This document shows, piece by piece, positions 11,493-25,162 of a stretch of 64,000 nucleotides of DNA. The position numbers were made by a program, and so were the translations under genes. The first letter of the stretch is position 1; every line of letters begins with the position of its first letter. The DNA is from Octopus sinensis (taxonomy: Eukaryota), in the NCBI RefSeq assembly GCF_006345805.1, contig NC_043008.1:66650001-66714000 (forward strand). Direction: 5' to 3'. The notes below the pieces were generated by a model that worked only from the letters and a program-made list of their open reading frames with translations, was not told the origin of the DNA and did no database searches.

Positions 11493-13079
11493 GTGAGTAT
11501 ACTTGTAATTTGTACAATTATCGAGCTTTAAGTTGAAACAGCGAAACAGCGTGGTCGGTTATTCTCATAATATTAATTTTTGTTGTTTTTTTTTTCCTCT
11601 CGGTTTCCTCGCAACACATGTGTATATTTTTAGTTTACACAATCCGTATCTGTTGCTCCCAACGTACTAGTTATTATCATTGACAACAAGGTGCTTAAAC
11701 GAACGAATAATTAGAACAAAACTTTTTTTTTCTTTGTCCATTGCAACCGCCTGGACTTCCATTGTTGTCAACATTTAAAACCGATGTCTGCCTTCGCCCT
11801 CGCCGCTGCTACAATTGAAACAAGCCTGACTATTCAAAGAGCGGTTGTTGTTTAGCTCCAGGCCAGCTCTATCGATGTAGAACTATGGTCAAAGGCTTCT
11901 CAGCCATCATAATCCAGTATTTTCTTTTCAAATCATCCTTCTTTTCTTTAAGACAGTGAGGTGCAGTTTGAATGAGATTCGGCTGCTATTCCATTTTTCT
12001 AGCAGGTTAAACAACGTTGTTGGCTCTTTGTGCCTGGTTCATCTATCTTCAATATGCGGCATGTCATACTGTTGAGGATGGCTTGAAGATACATAAATGG
12101 TGATTGTAGCTTATTGTCATTTTCGTTTCCATCGGTAGAGTGACAGGCATTCCGAATACGTATTCCGCCTTTCATCCTTCCGAAATAAACATTGTGTCGG
12201 AGGAGCTTTGAGAAATGCATGCATTTGAGAATTTAAGAATCTAACCAGATGCAATATTACGTTTCGTGCAACAAATAAACTTGCCGTGGATAGGAACCAG
12301 TATTGTGTGCACATAATTCCTTAAGTTGTGAGCTCCTTATGGAAACGGACGGCGATATCGAAGACATCAATAACCAGTCAAATACGTGGGGTGATTTAAT
12401 GGATGTGTTTTCTCTTAATACCTATGACTTTGTCGTTATATTAGAAACCATTATAAACATCTGAAAGTTACTAAAAGTAATCAAGTTTAAAATATATGTA
12501 TTTCTATAATTTTGTTACTGTTAATAGGAATGAGTGGGAGCGAGAGAAGGGTTGAAACAATAAAGCACCGGACTAAATTTCACTGATATTTTAGTACCGT
12601 CATTTCGGGTTCGAGTTCAAATCATATCAGAGTTTGTTTAATTCTCATTTGATTATTTCTTTAATCCATGCAGGAGTTGAATCAATATATACTACTATCA
12701 TATTTAGTCTATATTCAAAAACCTTACCTCTGCCTCATTCAAAGTTTGCTCTTGTGCATGGCCAAAATAAATCTTTGCTAAATTCTTTCAAGTATGTTTT
12801 CTTTTATTCATCATTCATCAGGTAGTTCCTTGTTCGTGTTCTAATAACAGCAACAAATACAACGTAGCTTAAGTACTGTTAAAGGAATTCAAAGATAGTT
12901 GTTTGAAATATGCTAAAAGCCATTCTAAAGATAGTCTTTAACGATGTGACTGTACTGATAAAAATGATTCCTTGCGCTGGCTCAAGGCACCAGACTTGCA
13001 GTAGAATCAGTATAGCCTCGAATAAAAAATTTAAAAAACATCCTTCAAAGGTGACTTCAGTTTAGTCTCATACTACATA

Positions 13080-13900
13080 TCATGAAATCACATCCTTGTT
13101 CTGCACACACTAGTAGAACTTAGTATCTTCCTCCTCACTCCACTTCCAAACTTAGGCTTATGGTGTCTTGCCAAAAAAAGATCGCTACCAAATTTGCAGA
13201 ATCCATTTTCATTCTGTGACCTCACAGCATATTTATATGCTCTATACTGTTCTAGATGCCAGAAGCTAAAACCAAGCCTGCAGGACAAATCTCCCTCTTC
13301 TTTAACAGCCATGAACTCTGATCCAGCCTGCACTTCACACATCACCTCTAACTAACATGCAAACCTCACATCCTATTCCTCTCTGAAACACAAATCTTAC
13401 TCATATCTGTAGTCCATTTCTACTGTCCAGGCTGCACTCTTTACTCCAAAACAGCAGTATCTGCCCACACTTGAATTCCAATCATCTCTTTCACCTGGAT
13501 ATTATCTACTAAAACTTTTATTTTGACTCAAAGTCTCTATCTATCTGTCTGTTTCTCACATTTTCTCCCCACTTTTCTAAATATATCTGCACTTCCTCTA
13601 CCACCCTAAACTCTTCCAACATCACAAACATCTTTCTCTCTTCACCACCCTCCAGAGCCTTCATCCTCAGTAACATAAAAACTCACAACTTTTCTTGGCT
13701 CCCACACCCATTCTGTATTGGTGCTGCCAATGCTGAAACTGAAATTTTCCACAGTTCAGTTTCATCCCCTGCGCTTCTCTGACGCACCAACACTCCTAAC
13801 ACCCTTGATCTCTCACATCCAAATCCGCCTTCTGCCAGGTCATGAATGTTTCTGTCCATTAACTATCTTTTTCGTAATCCTTTTTGCTCCTTGTGGTGCA
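13080..13900 (-). mobile_element. Highly decayed LINE (probably RTE) apurinic-endonuclease region
   Basis: Fragmentary resemblance to APE motifs (VGILL.EK..D.V.EV; G.RNE.G..ILEF). Many disruptions. Confidence 0.4.
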
Positions 13901-14321
13901 TAGGGTCATTTTCGTTAGTGTATAGGTTCCCCACCTGGACAGGACGCTGGTCCATTGCAGGTGAGCTGCAAGATGCAGGAGGAAAGAGTGAGAGAAAGTT
14001 GTAGCGAAAGAGTCAGCAGAAATTCGCCATTACCTTCTGCCGAAGCCGCGTGGAGCTTAGGTGTTTCACTCATAAACACACACATCGCCCGGTCTGAGAT
14101 TCGAACCTGTTATCCCTCGACTGCAAATCCACTGCTCTAACCACCAGGCCATGTGCCTCCACCACTATTTTATTAGGGACTATTTATCCACATACTACAC
14201 AAAGTTTCCTCATCATCACTTCCTGGATCCTATCGTAGTTCATTCAAGCCAGTTCACTAGTTTGAGCATCACCAGTTCCATACTAAGTATTTCTGGTAGC
14301 ATATGTACTTCATATGTAGTG

Positions 14322-14635
14322 AAGACATGGCTTAGTGGTTAGGCGTGTTCATCTCACGATTATAAGGTCATGAGTTTGATTCTCATCAGTACATTGTATT
14401 CTTGAACAAGATGCTTTATTTCATGTTGCTCCAGTCCACTCAACTGGCAAAAATGAGCTGTACTTTGTAATTCAAAGGGTCAGCCTTGTCACATTCTGTG
14501 TCACACTGAATCTGCCTGAGAACTACATTGAGAGTATGCATGTCTGGAGTGCTCAACCGTCTGCACATTAATTTCACAGGCAGGTTGTTCTATTGATCAA
14601 ATCAACTGGAACTGTTGTTGTCATCACCAACAAAG
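14322..14635 (+). mobile_element. tRNA-headed SINE, family D. Second copy about 27585-27845
   Basis: TGGCTTAGTGG and GAGTTTGATTC boxes, CTTGAACAAGA core-like segment, body shared with the 27.6 kb copy. Confidence 0.75.
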
Positions 14636-14987
14636 TGTCAGTTTTAATGTACTTTATCCTTGACCCATCAGAAACAGCTCCACACAATGAAAACCCTACA
14701 GCTCCAAGTCCCTCAAGCAATTCAAGCAAAAAAAGCATGGCTTACAATGCTTAGAGAAAGTTATCCATCCGTTACAAACTGGATGGTTCTTGCCCAGCAC
14801 TGCAAAACTTGTGAGATCCTCATCCAAAACTTTATGGCTCAGATGAAAGTCTTGTTTCCTCCAGTTTTAAATTTCCTGCAGCAGCTGTTTCTTTTGGTCC
14901 TTTATCCAAAGAACCTTTACCAACTTTGTGGTATCTTCTTATCATCCTTCCTGTACACAAAACTACATTATCTCCAGCTTTTTTTAA

Positions 14988-15207
14988 CCCTTTAGCATTT
15001 AAGCTGGCCATATCCAGCCAAAAGATTCTATTTGTTTTACTTTCAAACTGGCCAGATCCAGCCTCTTACACCTAGCTTACAGTGTCATTCTAAAAGTAAA
15101 CAAACATATCAAGATCTCAAAGCTATGAAATAATGCAAGATTAATTTTTAATTTTGAAAAATGAGAATAAATATTTTGTTTGACAGAAAAATCCGAATGC
15201 TAAATTG
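14988..15207. mobile_element. piggyBac-type MITE (TTAA-CCCTTTAGCATT...). Other copies about 175-388, 24131-24349, 24391-24610, 35712-35915, 36782-36975
   Basis: TTAA flanks, CCC...GGG termini in the best copies, shared internal sequence of about 220 bp. Confidence 0.8.
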
Positions 15208-17260
15208 TTAATATCGTAGGATGAGCTTTTAAGGGATTTGGTGCTTGTTTCTTGTAGGTTGAGCAACCATTCAGAAGCTCTTTTAGCACTAATAGTACTA
15301 ATAGTTGTTGAAGGCAGTGGCTGGTTGAATGGAACCTAAATGCCTTGAGTTATTTAATCATATCCTTCACATTCATTTTATCAACTTTGCCTTCTTCCTT
15401 TCAGAAGCTAGTAAAATAAGTACCAGCCATGTACTGGGGTCGATATGATAAACTATTACTTCCCATCTGATATATAAACTGTGCGTCATTATACATTTTA
15501 CATCTGTTCATCATGCTGGTATGAGTTGGACAGATCTTCTCAGGTTGAGTCGGCTCCTGTTTGGCATTACTGCCTTCCTAGATGAGTTGGTGAGCCGTAT
15601 CTCATTTGCAAGTTTTATTTGAGAAGGCTTCTGCAGCAGAAGGGCCTGCCGAGCACCAAATATTCTACTGGGTGTACTGGGTGCATTTTATTGTTGAACC
15701 AACCTTAGTGAGGCAAGGTAAACATGGCTAGGAGGGTGAATAGAAGAAAGCATATGAGTTTGATGGGTGTCACAGAACAAAGAGAGTAGTAGGGGAAGGA
15801 GCAATGGAAGACAGTGATAGGAGCAGCTACATATTGTGGGAAGTTGGCATGGTGGAAGGAGGAGTAAAGGAAATGGGAGGGTGTAAGGTTAATTAGTAAT
15901 GAGTAGAGTGATAAGGGAAGGGTTAATGTAAGAGAGATAAGTAATGAATGGTAGTAGGTAATGGTGGGAGTCATTGAGAGGGGAATGTTGGAGAAGGGAA
16001 AAATGATGGTTAATCAGCCTTCATTACACAGCCCGTTATGCTGGTGAAAAGGTAGAGTGATAATTAGGAAGATTGTGTAAGGACATAGTGTCATTCCTCA
16101 TTATAGAGGTGGTGCAGATCAGTGAATAGAAGTAGGAGTGAGGGTTGAAAGCATAACAAGGAAGGGCAGTTGACAGAAAGTTGGTGGGAATATATAAACA
16201 AGGGCACAAATGTGCATATATTGTATGTTCCAATTTCTACTGTCATCACCATTTTTAATGAACATTTTTTCCATGCTTGCACTGATGGATATGTATTCTC
16301 CAGCACCGCATGTCACCAGACTATTGCAGTCCTTGGTCATCTCTTTCATAAGATTCAACTTGTTATAATTGGTCTTCATCACTTTTTCCTATGACTGCCT
16401 AAGTCTCTCTCTTCACTGCTGTCCATTCTCTTTCAACACTTGGCAGTTCTTTATAAAGTTGATAGCTTGTATACACATCACACACCCATAACCTTTACAA
16501 TTTTCTGTCTTGAAGGCTAAATCTGATTCCTCTTATATCTAACTCTTCTCTCAATCCATTTGTTCTCCATCACTAATATACAACCAGCAAAGCATGTTCA
16601 AATTATTTCTTTCTAACTATTGCAAATCTTCGATGTTCAACACTTGCATTTCACTAATGTTGAATGTTGTACTTCTTGCTTCCCAACCACATGGTCCTAG
16701 GCTCAATCCCATTGCATGGTACTTTAGACATGTGTCTTCTACTATAGCTTCTGGCTTACCAAAACCTTGTAAAAAGATTTGGTCAGCGGAAACTGAAAAA
16801 TGCACATTGTATATGTATGTATGTATATATATGTGTGTGTATTTGAGTCTCGCCATCTCAGTATCTTGTGATAGTTGTAAATGATTGTCACTGTCATACA
16901 AGCAGTGTCATTCATTTCCAATATTATGTGATAACATATCTGGCCATAGGGAAATATTAGCTTGGTTGGCAACAAGAAGAGTATCCAGCCATAGAAAATC
17001 TACTTCAAATAAATTCCATCCTACCTGTCCATGCAAGCATGAAAAAGTGGATGTTAAATGATAATGATGATTACTAGAAAGTATGGGAAATAACAGAATT
17101 GTTTAAAGTACTGGATGAAATCCTTGAAGTATTTTAGTTGTTTTTTTGGTTGACTTTGCCTTTCAGTATTCTGGTGTTGATAAAAACTACCAGTGAAATA
17201 CTAGGGAGATAATTTCATTGACTATGCTTCCAATTGTTTTACAAACTCTGTAGCTTTGTA

Positions 17261-17637
17261 GGTGCAGGAGTGGCTGTGTGGTAAGAAGCTTGCTTATCAA
17301 CCACATGGTTCTAGGTTCAGTCCCACTGCGTGGCACCTTGGGCAGGTGTCTTCTACTACAGCCTCAGGTTGACCAAAGCCTTGTGAGTGGTAGACAGAAA
17401 CTGAAAGAAGCCCATCGTATATATGTGTATATATGTTTGTGTGTCTGTGTTTGTCCCCCCAACGTCACTTGACAACCGATGTTGGTGTGTTTATATCCCC
17501 ATAACTTAGCGGTTCGGCAAAAGAGAACGATAGAATATGTACTAGGCTTAAAAAGAATAAGTCCTGGGGCAGATTTGCTTGACTAAAGCTGGTACTCTAG
17601 TATGGCTGCAGTCAAATGATTGAAACAAGTAAAGAGT
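17261..17637 (+). mobile_element. Full-length tRNA-headed SINE, family A (most abundant). Other copies or fragments at 1-118, 2575-2700, 5490-5640, 18385-18750, 31040-31310, 31311-31680, 38438-38760, 43195-43555, 53368-53715, 56070-56420, 61460-61690
   Basis: TGGCTGTGTGGTAAG head, GGTTCAGTCCC B box, internal CA/TG tract, tail GCAGTCAAATGACTGAAACAAGTAAAAGAG. Confidence 0.9.
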
Positions 17638-17859
17638 AATGTTAGAAATTATGGACAAAATGCCAGCTTCCAAATTCTGTTTTCTGGTTGGGTAAAAATA
17701 ATCAAACTTTAAACCTCTGTAACACTTTTCTAAAATTTATCTGGAACATGAGATCCAGCATGAAAAATTACACCAATATACCAAATTTGAAAATTTTCAC
17801 TTAATTATAAAATCTCAAAAGCCAAACAGAAAAGATCCAAAATTATTATTATTACAATG

Positions 17860-19750
17860 GTAAGCTGGCAGAGTCATTAGTGTTTTGGACAAATGCCTAG
17901 TGATAGTTCTTCTGACTCATTACATTCCAAGTTCAAATTCCACCACGGTCAACTTTGCAATGCATTTTTTGTAGAGGTCAATGGAATTAAGTATTAGTCA
18001 AATATTGGGTTCAGTATCTTCAACATGTACCCTACCCTCAGGATTGCTGATCTTGTACCAAAATTTGAAATAATTATTATTATTGATATCGTTATTAATA
18101 ATTTTTACACAGAATTATTACTGTGTTGGACAAAATGGTAAGTGACAATTCTGGTGGCTCTTTATGTTTTGAGTTCAAATACTGCTGAAGTCAGGTTTGC
18201 CTTTCATCCTACCAGAATCAATAAAATAAAGTGCCAGTTATGTACTGAATTCAATATAAACAGCTAACAGCTTTTCCCTAAAATTGCTGGCCTGGTACCA
18301 AAATTTGCAACCATTATTATTATTGAGCTGACAAAATTGTTAGCACACTGTACAAAATGCTTAACAGCATTTCAATCATACTTTTTTACTTGTTTCAGTC
18401 ATTTGACTATGGCCATGCTGGAGCACCACCTTTAGTCGAGCAAATCGACCTCAAGACTTATTCGTTGTAAACCTAGTAACTTATTCTATCGGTCTCTTTT
18501 GCTGAACCGCTAAGTTACAGCGACATAAACACACCAGCATCAGTTGTCAAGCGATGTTGGGTGGGGGACAAACACAAACATACACACACACATATATATA
18601 CATATATACGACTGGCTTCTTTTCGGTTTCCGTCTACCAAATCCACTCACAAGGCTTTTGTCAGCCCAAGGCTATAGTAGAAGGCACTTACCCAAGGTGC
18701 CATGCAGTGGGACTGAACCTGGAACCATGTGGTTTATATGCAAGCTACTCACATTCTGAGTTCAAATTTCACCAAGGTTGATTTTGCCTTTCGTCTTTTT
18801 GGGTTGATAAAAAAAGTACCAGTTGAGTAGGGGCGGGGGGCGATGTGGGCGGGACTGACTGACTTAGCCCCCACCCCCAAAATTGCTGGCCTTGTGCAAA
18901 AATTTAAAATCATTATTGAGCTGGCAGAACCATTAGCATCCTAGAAAATATGCTTAGTGGCATTTCTTCTTGCTTTACATTCTGAGTTCAAATGGCATCA
19001 AGGTTCACTTTGCCTCTCATGTCACTAGGGTTAATATAATTGACTAACTCCCTTAAAATTGCTGGCCCTATTCCCAAATTAGAAAGAATTATTATTAAGT
19101 TGGCAATTCAGCAGAAGCGTTAGCATGCTAGGTGAAATGCTTAGCAGCATTTTGTCCATCTTTATATTCTGAGGTCAATAAAATAATGTATCATTTAAGT
19201 ACTGGGTGTTGATGTAAACAACTAACCACCTAAATTGCTGGCCTTGTACCTAAATTTGAAACCATTATTATTATGGGCAAAATGCTTAGTGGCATTTCCT
19301 CCATCCTTACATTCTGAGTTCAAATTCCACTGAGGTCAACTTTGCTTTCATCCTTTCAGGGTTGATAAAATGACCACTGGTTGAGCACTGGGATTGATGT
19401 AATTGACTGGCACTGCCCCCTTCCTTCCAATTTCTGGCCTTGTTTCTATTGTTGGAAGAATCTATATATTAATACACTAAGGCCGAAAGGCGTTACACTG
19501 TTACGTGACTAATGGAAGGGAAAAGCAAAGAGCGAGAGAGAAAGAAGAAAAGAAAAGAGAGAGAGAAGTGTTAATGATGTGTGGTAGGGGAAGTAATGGT
19601 TATTATGCTGATGCTGTTGACTTTGCCTTTCATCCTATTGGGGTCGATATATTAAGTACCAGTGAAACACTGAGGTTGATGTAATCAACTAATACCCTCC
19701 ACACAAAATTTCAGGTCTTGTGTCTTTGGTAGAAAGGATTATTATTATTA
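17860..19750 (+). repeat. Head-to-tail train of about 7 decayed Meta-domain SINEs separated by (TTA)n tails
   Basis: Recurrent GAGCTGGCAGAA...TTCTGAGTTCAAAT...TTTGCCTTTCATCC...AAATTGCTGGCC...ATTATT units. Confidence 0.8.
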
Positions 19751-19798
19751 TTTTTTCAACTTTCATGCTCAGTCTCTCAAAACTATTTCCCTTTTCAG

Positions 19799-19845
19799 GA
19801 GAGCGTGTTCTCTGTTTCCATGGACCATTATTATATGAAGCCAAA
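19799..19845 (+). CDS. MORF4L1: MRG15 exon 2 (GERVLCFHGPLLYEAK), chromodomain
   Basis: TTTTCAG acceptor, GTAAGT donor. Peptide essentially identical to the MRG15 chromo-barrel motif. Confidence 0.97.
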
Positions 19846-19976
19846 GTAAGTCCTTCAAATTTTCTCTTGCTCTATAATGTAATTTAATCTTCACTTAATG
19901 TCTAGTTTCTTCTTTTGCTGCATCATATAATTTTCTTCTTGTCTAGCTTGAAGTTTCTTTTTCACGTTTTAGTATA

Positions 19977-20173
19977 CCGTAATTTCTGGTATACAAGTTG
20001 GCACAGTATATACTGTGAACATTCAAACAGCATCAGTGTCTTTCCAAATCTTGCTGCATTTCACATGGAATATTCGATCCCCTAAAGTTGTCTTGGTGTA
20101 TAAGTCAACCTATATTTTTTTGGGGCTATATATTTCGATCTCAAGAATTCAACTTGTATTCTGGGAAATATGG
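19977..20173. mobile_element. pogo/Tigger-type MITE
   Basis: TA-CCGTAATTTCTGGTATACAAGT...ACTTGTATTCTGGGAAATATGG-TA. Confidence 0.65.
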
Positions 20174-20181
20174 TATGCATA

Positions 20182-20397
20182 CAAGGGGATACTGAAAAGT
20201 TTCTGGCTTTAGATAAAAGAAATACAGGCGGATCAGTTAATTATGATTTTATTCAGCACATTCCCCTCTCACATTCACACACTTATTGCAGGGATCCTTC
20301 AGTTTTTCTAAGCCCTCTAAAAGAACTCAGAAGATTGGGCCTCCAACCAGGCCTTTCTCAATACCCTAAAAGTCAGAAACATTTCAGCACCCCCTCA
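20182..20397. mobile_element. mariner-type MITE. Second copy about 62968-63180
   Basis: TIRs resembling CGAGGGGTGCTGAAAAGTTCC, same internal sequence in both copies. Confidence 0.75.
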
Positions 20398-21942
20398 TTC
20401 TTGGTTTTGTTTCTCTTCTGTGTTTTCTTTATGATCTATTTTTGCTGTTCACTCCCTAACCAGCACAAATCAAGTAGGCCTATGATCATAACTATTATTC
20501 TGACCTTGTGCCATATCTCAGATTACACTCTATTGCATCCTCCTTTCTTTTGTTTATTCATTTATTTAGAAGCTGGTAGGATTCCATTTGATGAAAACTT
20601 GCTTGTTATTGTGTAACAGGTCAACTGATATTGTGCTTAGTTCACTCATTGGATTGACATAGAAAGCTTTTTGGGTCTGGATGTTAGTATGTTAAGTAAT
20701 CAGACTTAACCCCTTAACTTCCTAATGAAATACACTGCCTTTGTTTGAATTACTTTGGAAAACAAATCATCATCATCGCATGGGTTGGACAATTTGACTG
20801 AGGACTAGCAAACCAGATGGCTGCACCAGGCTTCAGTCTGATCTGGCAGAGTTTCTACAGCTGGATGCCCTTCCTAACACCAATCACTCCAAGAGTGTAG
20901 TGGGTGCTTTAATGTGCCACTGGCATTAGGGCCAGTCAGGCGGTACTGGCAACGGCCACGTTCAAATGGTGTTTTTTACGTGCCACCTGCACAGGAGCCA
21001 GTCCAGTGGCACTGGCAATGACCTCGCTCGAATGTTTTTTTCATGTGCCACCAGCACAAGTGCGAGTAAGGTGACGCTGGTAACAAACACGTTCGAATGG
21101 TGCTTTTTATGTGCCACCTGCATGGAAGCCAGTTAGCTGCTCTGGCAACGATCACGCTCAGATGGTGCTCTTAGCACTCCACTAGCATGGATGCCAGTAT
21201 TTAATAAAATAACTTTGTCCTTATTAAGCTGGTGTTTGGAACATAATTTATCATGAAATTTTGATAGCTCCTGACAAACTCTCCAAGCCATGCCAGCATG
21301 GAAAACATGTTAAATGATGATGATGATGATATTAATATATATATGTGTGTATCTTTGTATCTTTGTTTGTCTTCCAGCACTGCTTGACAACCGGTGTTGG
21401 TGTGTTTATGCCCCTGTAACTTAGAGGTTCGGCAAAAGAGACTGACGGAATAGGTATCAGGCTTTAAAAATAAGTACAGGGGCCAAATCATCTGACTAAA
21501 AGTTCTTCCTGACTGAAACAAGTAAAAGATAAAAGATGTCTCTACTTTTTCAATCTGCTTGCCTGTCTACCTTTGTCTCTCTCTCTCTCTCTCTCTGTAT
21601 ATCTATATCTATCTGTCTGCCTATCTAACTTTCAATGTGATTATCTATTCATCTGCCTATCTATTTATTATACTTCCATATATGTATGGGGCCTATCTAT
21701 CTATCTATTTCTCAACATATCTATTTATTGACATCTCTGATGGTCTGTCTCTTTGTTTCTCAACATATCTATTGATCTCTCTCTAATTATCTATTTTCTC
21801 ACCATATATATATATATAGGTATATTTATTGATCTATCTACCTCTCATTATATCTGTCTCCCTTTGCCTATCTGTATGTGATTTGTACCAAAGTCTTTTA
21901 TCTAATTGACTGCAATTAAATAACACTCTCTCTTTCTTTCAG

Positions 21943-22010
21943 TGTGTCAAATATGACGTTAAAGAGAAAATTATCCGATATTTCATTCATTACAATGGAT
22001 GGAATAAGAA
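21943..22010 (+). CDS. MORF4L1: MRG15 exon 3 (CVKYDVKEKIIRYFIHYNGWNK)
   Basis: Polypyrimidine+AG acceptor, GTGAGT donor. Contains the YFIHY.GWNK chromodomain motif. Confidence 0.97.
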
Positions 22011-22544
22011 GTGAGTTCTTCTTTTATTCAAACAATTCCATTTTTTCCTTTATTTCTTTTACAATCCTGTTTTCGTTAGAAATCTTTTGTGAAGACAAGC
22101 TTTTAGTGTCTTTCATTTATTTTCCAGTTCAGGCAGCATGGTCATGTATAAGAGGTTTCCTTTGCGAGGGTAGGCTCTGAGTTTGGTCCCCGTGTGCGGA
22201 ACCTTGTACACAGTCTCATTTGTTATGATAGCCTTAGGCTGACCACAGTGCCTTCTTTGGGAATAAAATTTAGATGTGTGGAAGCCTATCATATGCAAGA
22301 AAACCTCACTAGTGCTGGTGTCGTGAAAAATGCATCCAGTGTACTCTGTAAACTGGTTGGCATTAGGAAGGGCATCCGCCCATAGAAATCATGCCAAAAC
22401 CGTGACACTGCAACAAATCCTGCTTCTCTGATCCATTGGATCCTATTAAAAATTAACCGTCTATGCTAGCATAAAAATATTGCGATATACATGCATTTGT
22501 GTCAGCAATATAACTGTACCGTTGGCAATTTCTTTTTCATCTTT

Positions 22545-22690
22545 GAACTTTTCCCTTTCTCTTTTCTGATGAAGAGCTATGCTTGAAACATCAAACACTC
22601 TCCTTTCACCAAACGTCAAGCTAATACATTGGTTGTGCACGTCCTCATGTTTGTTTGTTCTTTTTTTCATTTTTTTGTTTGTTTATTTGA
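22545..22690 (+). mobile_element. PLE terminal-repeat remnant with a degenerate minimal hammerhead motif
   Basis: CTGATGA-A-GAGC-TAT-GCTT-GAAA-CATC at 22566-22592. Confidence 0.55.
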
Positions 22691-23156
22691 ATTGACTATA
22701 TATATAATGTTAGTCCAACCCATACCAGCATGGACAGTAGACGTTAAATGAGGATGATGTTAAATAACACTTTGAAGGAGGTGCTCTTTCCTCTCACCAA
22801 AGTGAATGGAGCTTTGGGTAGGAGGAACTGATGTCATCAGACGATATCCAACATTCATTGGGTATTTCGACCCTGAACTGTAACACTGTCCTATTGGTGG
22901 GTTAGTAGAGGTGGCCAAATCACTATTCCTCACCTCCTCCTTGCTTCCAGCTTAACTCTTCTCTCTTGCTCCAAAGCCAACAAAAGGTGCTTTCAGCTGC
23001 CTCTCTCATCCTGCGCATATGTGTGTGCACATGTACATATATGTATAAACATGTGCATATGTTTTGGTGAGGAGTAGCCAGTTAATTGGTGCAGTTAATG
23101 AAAATGCATTATGGAATTGAGTCTGCCTCATACAAGCATAGAAAACTGGACTTTAA

Positions 23157-23377
23157 CCCTTTTGTTACCAACCCGGCTGAAACTGCCTCTGGCTCTATAG
23201 TACAAATGTCTTGTTTTCATTAGTTTTGAATTAAAATCTTCCACTAAACCTTAGTCACAAATTATGTTCCCTAACACTAGCTGAATGATAACTAAGTTAT
23301 TTTAGTAAATTTTTTGTTATATTTAAAGTAATTGAAAAAACACAGAGCATCTCAAAATAAATACAATAATGAAAGAG
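23157..23377. mobile_element. piggyBac-type MITE, second family. Inverted copy at 39602-39823
   Basis: TTAA flanks, CCCTTT/AAAGGG termini. The two copies are reverse-complement similar. Confidence 0.8.
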
Positions 23378-23626
23378 TTAAATCAACAATGGTGGCTTTA
23401 TATATTCTTTATATCCTCTTTATGCCTACACTTTGTATTCTTGCTGACATCATTTCATTAAAAAATATCCACAATGAAAAGTCATTGCAGAATTAATGAT
23501 GATAGTAGTAATTTCTTTTAACTATATTTAATTAAGTCTTTAAATTATATCTACTGAACTTATTTCTATTTCTTTAATTAATCTTTTATATTTTGCTTTA
23601 TGTTTGTTTGTTTTTCTATCTTCTAG

Positions 23627-23713
23627 CTGGGATGAATGGGTGCCTGAGTGTAGAGTTTTGAAGTTTAACGATGCTGGTTTACAGAAGCAAAAAGAACTAC
23701 AGAAAGCTCACGC
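23627..23713 (+). CDS. MORF4L1: MRG15 exon 4 (NWDEWVPECRVLKFNDAGLQKQKELQKAH)
   Basis: TTCTAG acceptor, GTGAGA donor. WDEWVPE.RVLK motif, phases 2/2. Confidence 0.97.
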
Positions 23714-25162
23714 GTGAGATATATTTTAACTTCAGTATTATTATTTTTCTTATCTCTTTTTAACAATTCTTTTAACTTGAAATACTTCACACGTTACAGA
23801 ATTTACTTTATCATCTTTCCACTCTCATATCCGTTATCATTCTCAACACCGTCTCGTATTTACCATAGACAGTTACCCTGGCCTTTAGTCACTATAGCTA
23901 CCCCTATATATCTCTGACATCCATCTCTGTCACTGTACATCTCTCTCTCACTAACCCCATCCCCCCTGCCCTGTGCACATATCACCCTCTTCCTGAGCCA
24001 CTTCTATACCTTTCAGTTCCCTCTTTTATACTTATATGTATCATGGACCATTCTACCACCACTGTCCCATTCACCACATTTACCTCTACCCCCATCTCTA
24101 ACCGTCTGTCAGTCCCTACTCATGCTTTTACCCTTTAGCATTTAAACCCACCATATCCAGCCAAAACATTCTGCTTGTTTTATGTTCAAACTGGCCAGAT
24201 CCAGCATCTCACACCTAACCTTCAATATTATTCTAAAAATAAACAATCTCATCTTCAAAATCTCTAAATTACATGATAATACAATTTCAATTTTAAAAAT
24301 GTGAATTAATAAGTATTATATTTGACAAAGTAATTTGAATGCTAAAGGGTTAAGGAATTTATCCAACCACCCTTCCTGATCATCTCTTAACCCTTTAGTG
24401 TTTAAACCGGCCATATCAGGCCAAAATTGTCTTCCTGTTTTATGCTCAAACCAGCCAGCTCTGACCTCTCCCACCTACCCTACAAAGTCATTCTAAAAAT
24501 AAACAGGGTCATCATCAAAATCTCAGAGTTACAAGATGCTGTACAATTAATTTAAAACAATGTAATTAAACAGGCTTTACATTTGACAGAGTAATCTGAA
24601 TGCTAAAGGGTTAAACTTATCTTCCTATACTTTGAGAGTATGTTACAACTCCTCATCTTTCTGGCTTCTCCCATAATGCAAGGCAGCCATGTATCTCCTC
24701 TATTGCAAGACACCTGTTCCTGTTCTTCTATAATGCTTTCACCACCTGGCATAAAGCCACCTCCCCCTCTACTACAACTGTACTTAGTCAAGGGGGTCTT
24801 ACCTTGCGAATTAATCAGTGACCTCACTAGTATCAGTTCCATGAAAAGAATACTCTGTACACTCTGTAAAATGGTTGGCATTAGGAAGGCCATCCGACCA
24901 TAGAAAGTATGTCAAAGCAGACATTGAAACTCAGTGTAGTCCTCTGTTTTGTTAGAATCCTTTCAAACCATCCCACTTTTACCACCATAGAAGACAGACA
25001 TTAAATGATGAGGAAGATGACATTATCAATGAAAGAAAAGCTATGCAACCATATAATGGTATGTTCCCACTTCTCATTTTTCAAGGGGTTTTGTTTTAGG
25101 TCGACTGTCTAAGTCAATGGTTCTTAACCAGGCTCCATATTAGATTTTGTTGTTAAAATTTA

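Noticed and set aside
14075-14160. tRNA-like sequence on the minus strand (GCA anticodon-like loop)
   Set aside because: It continues directly into a SINE body and its stems are imperfect. It is a SINE head, like those at 1850, 5795 and 47230.
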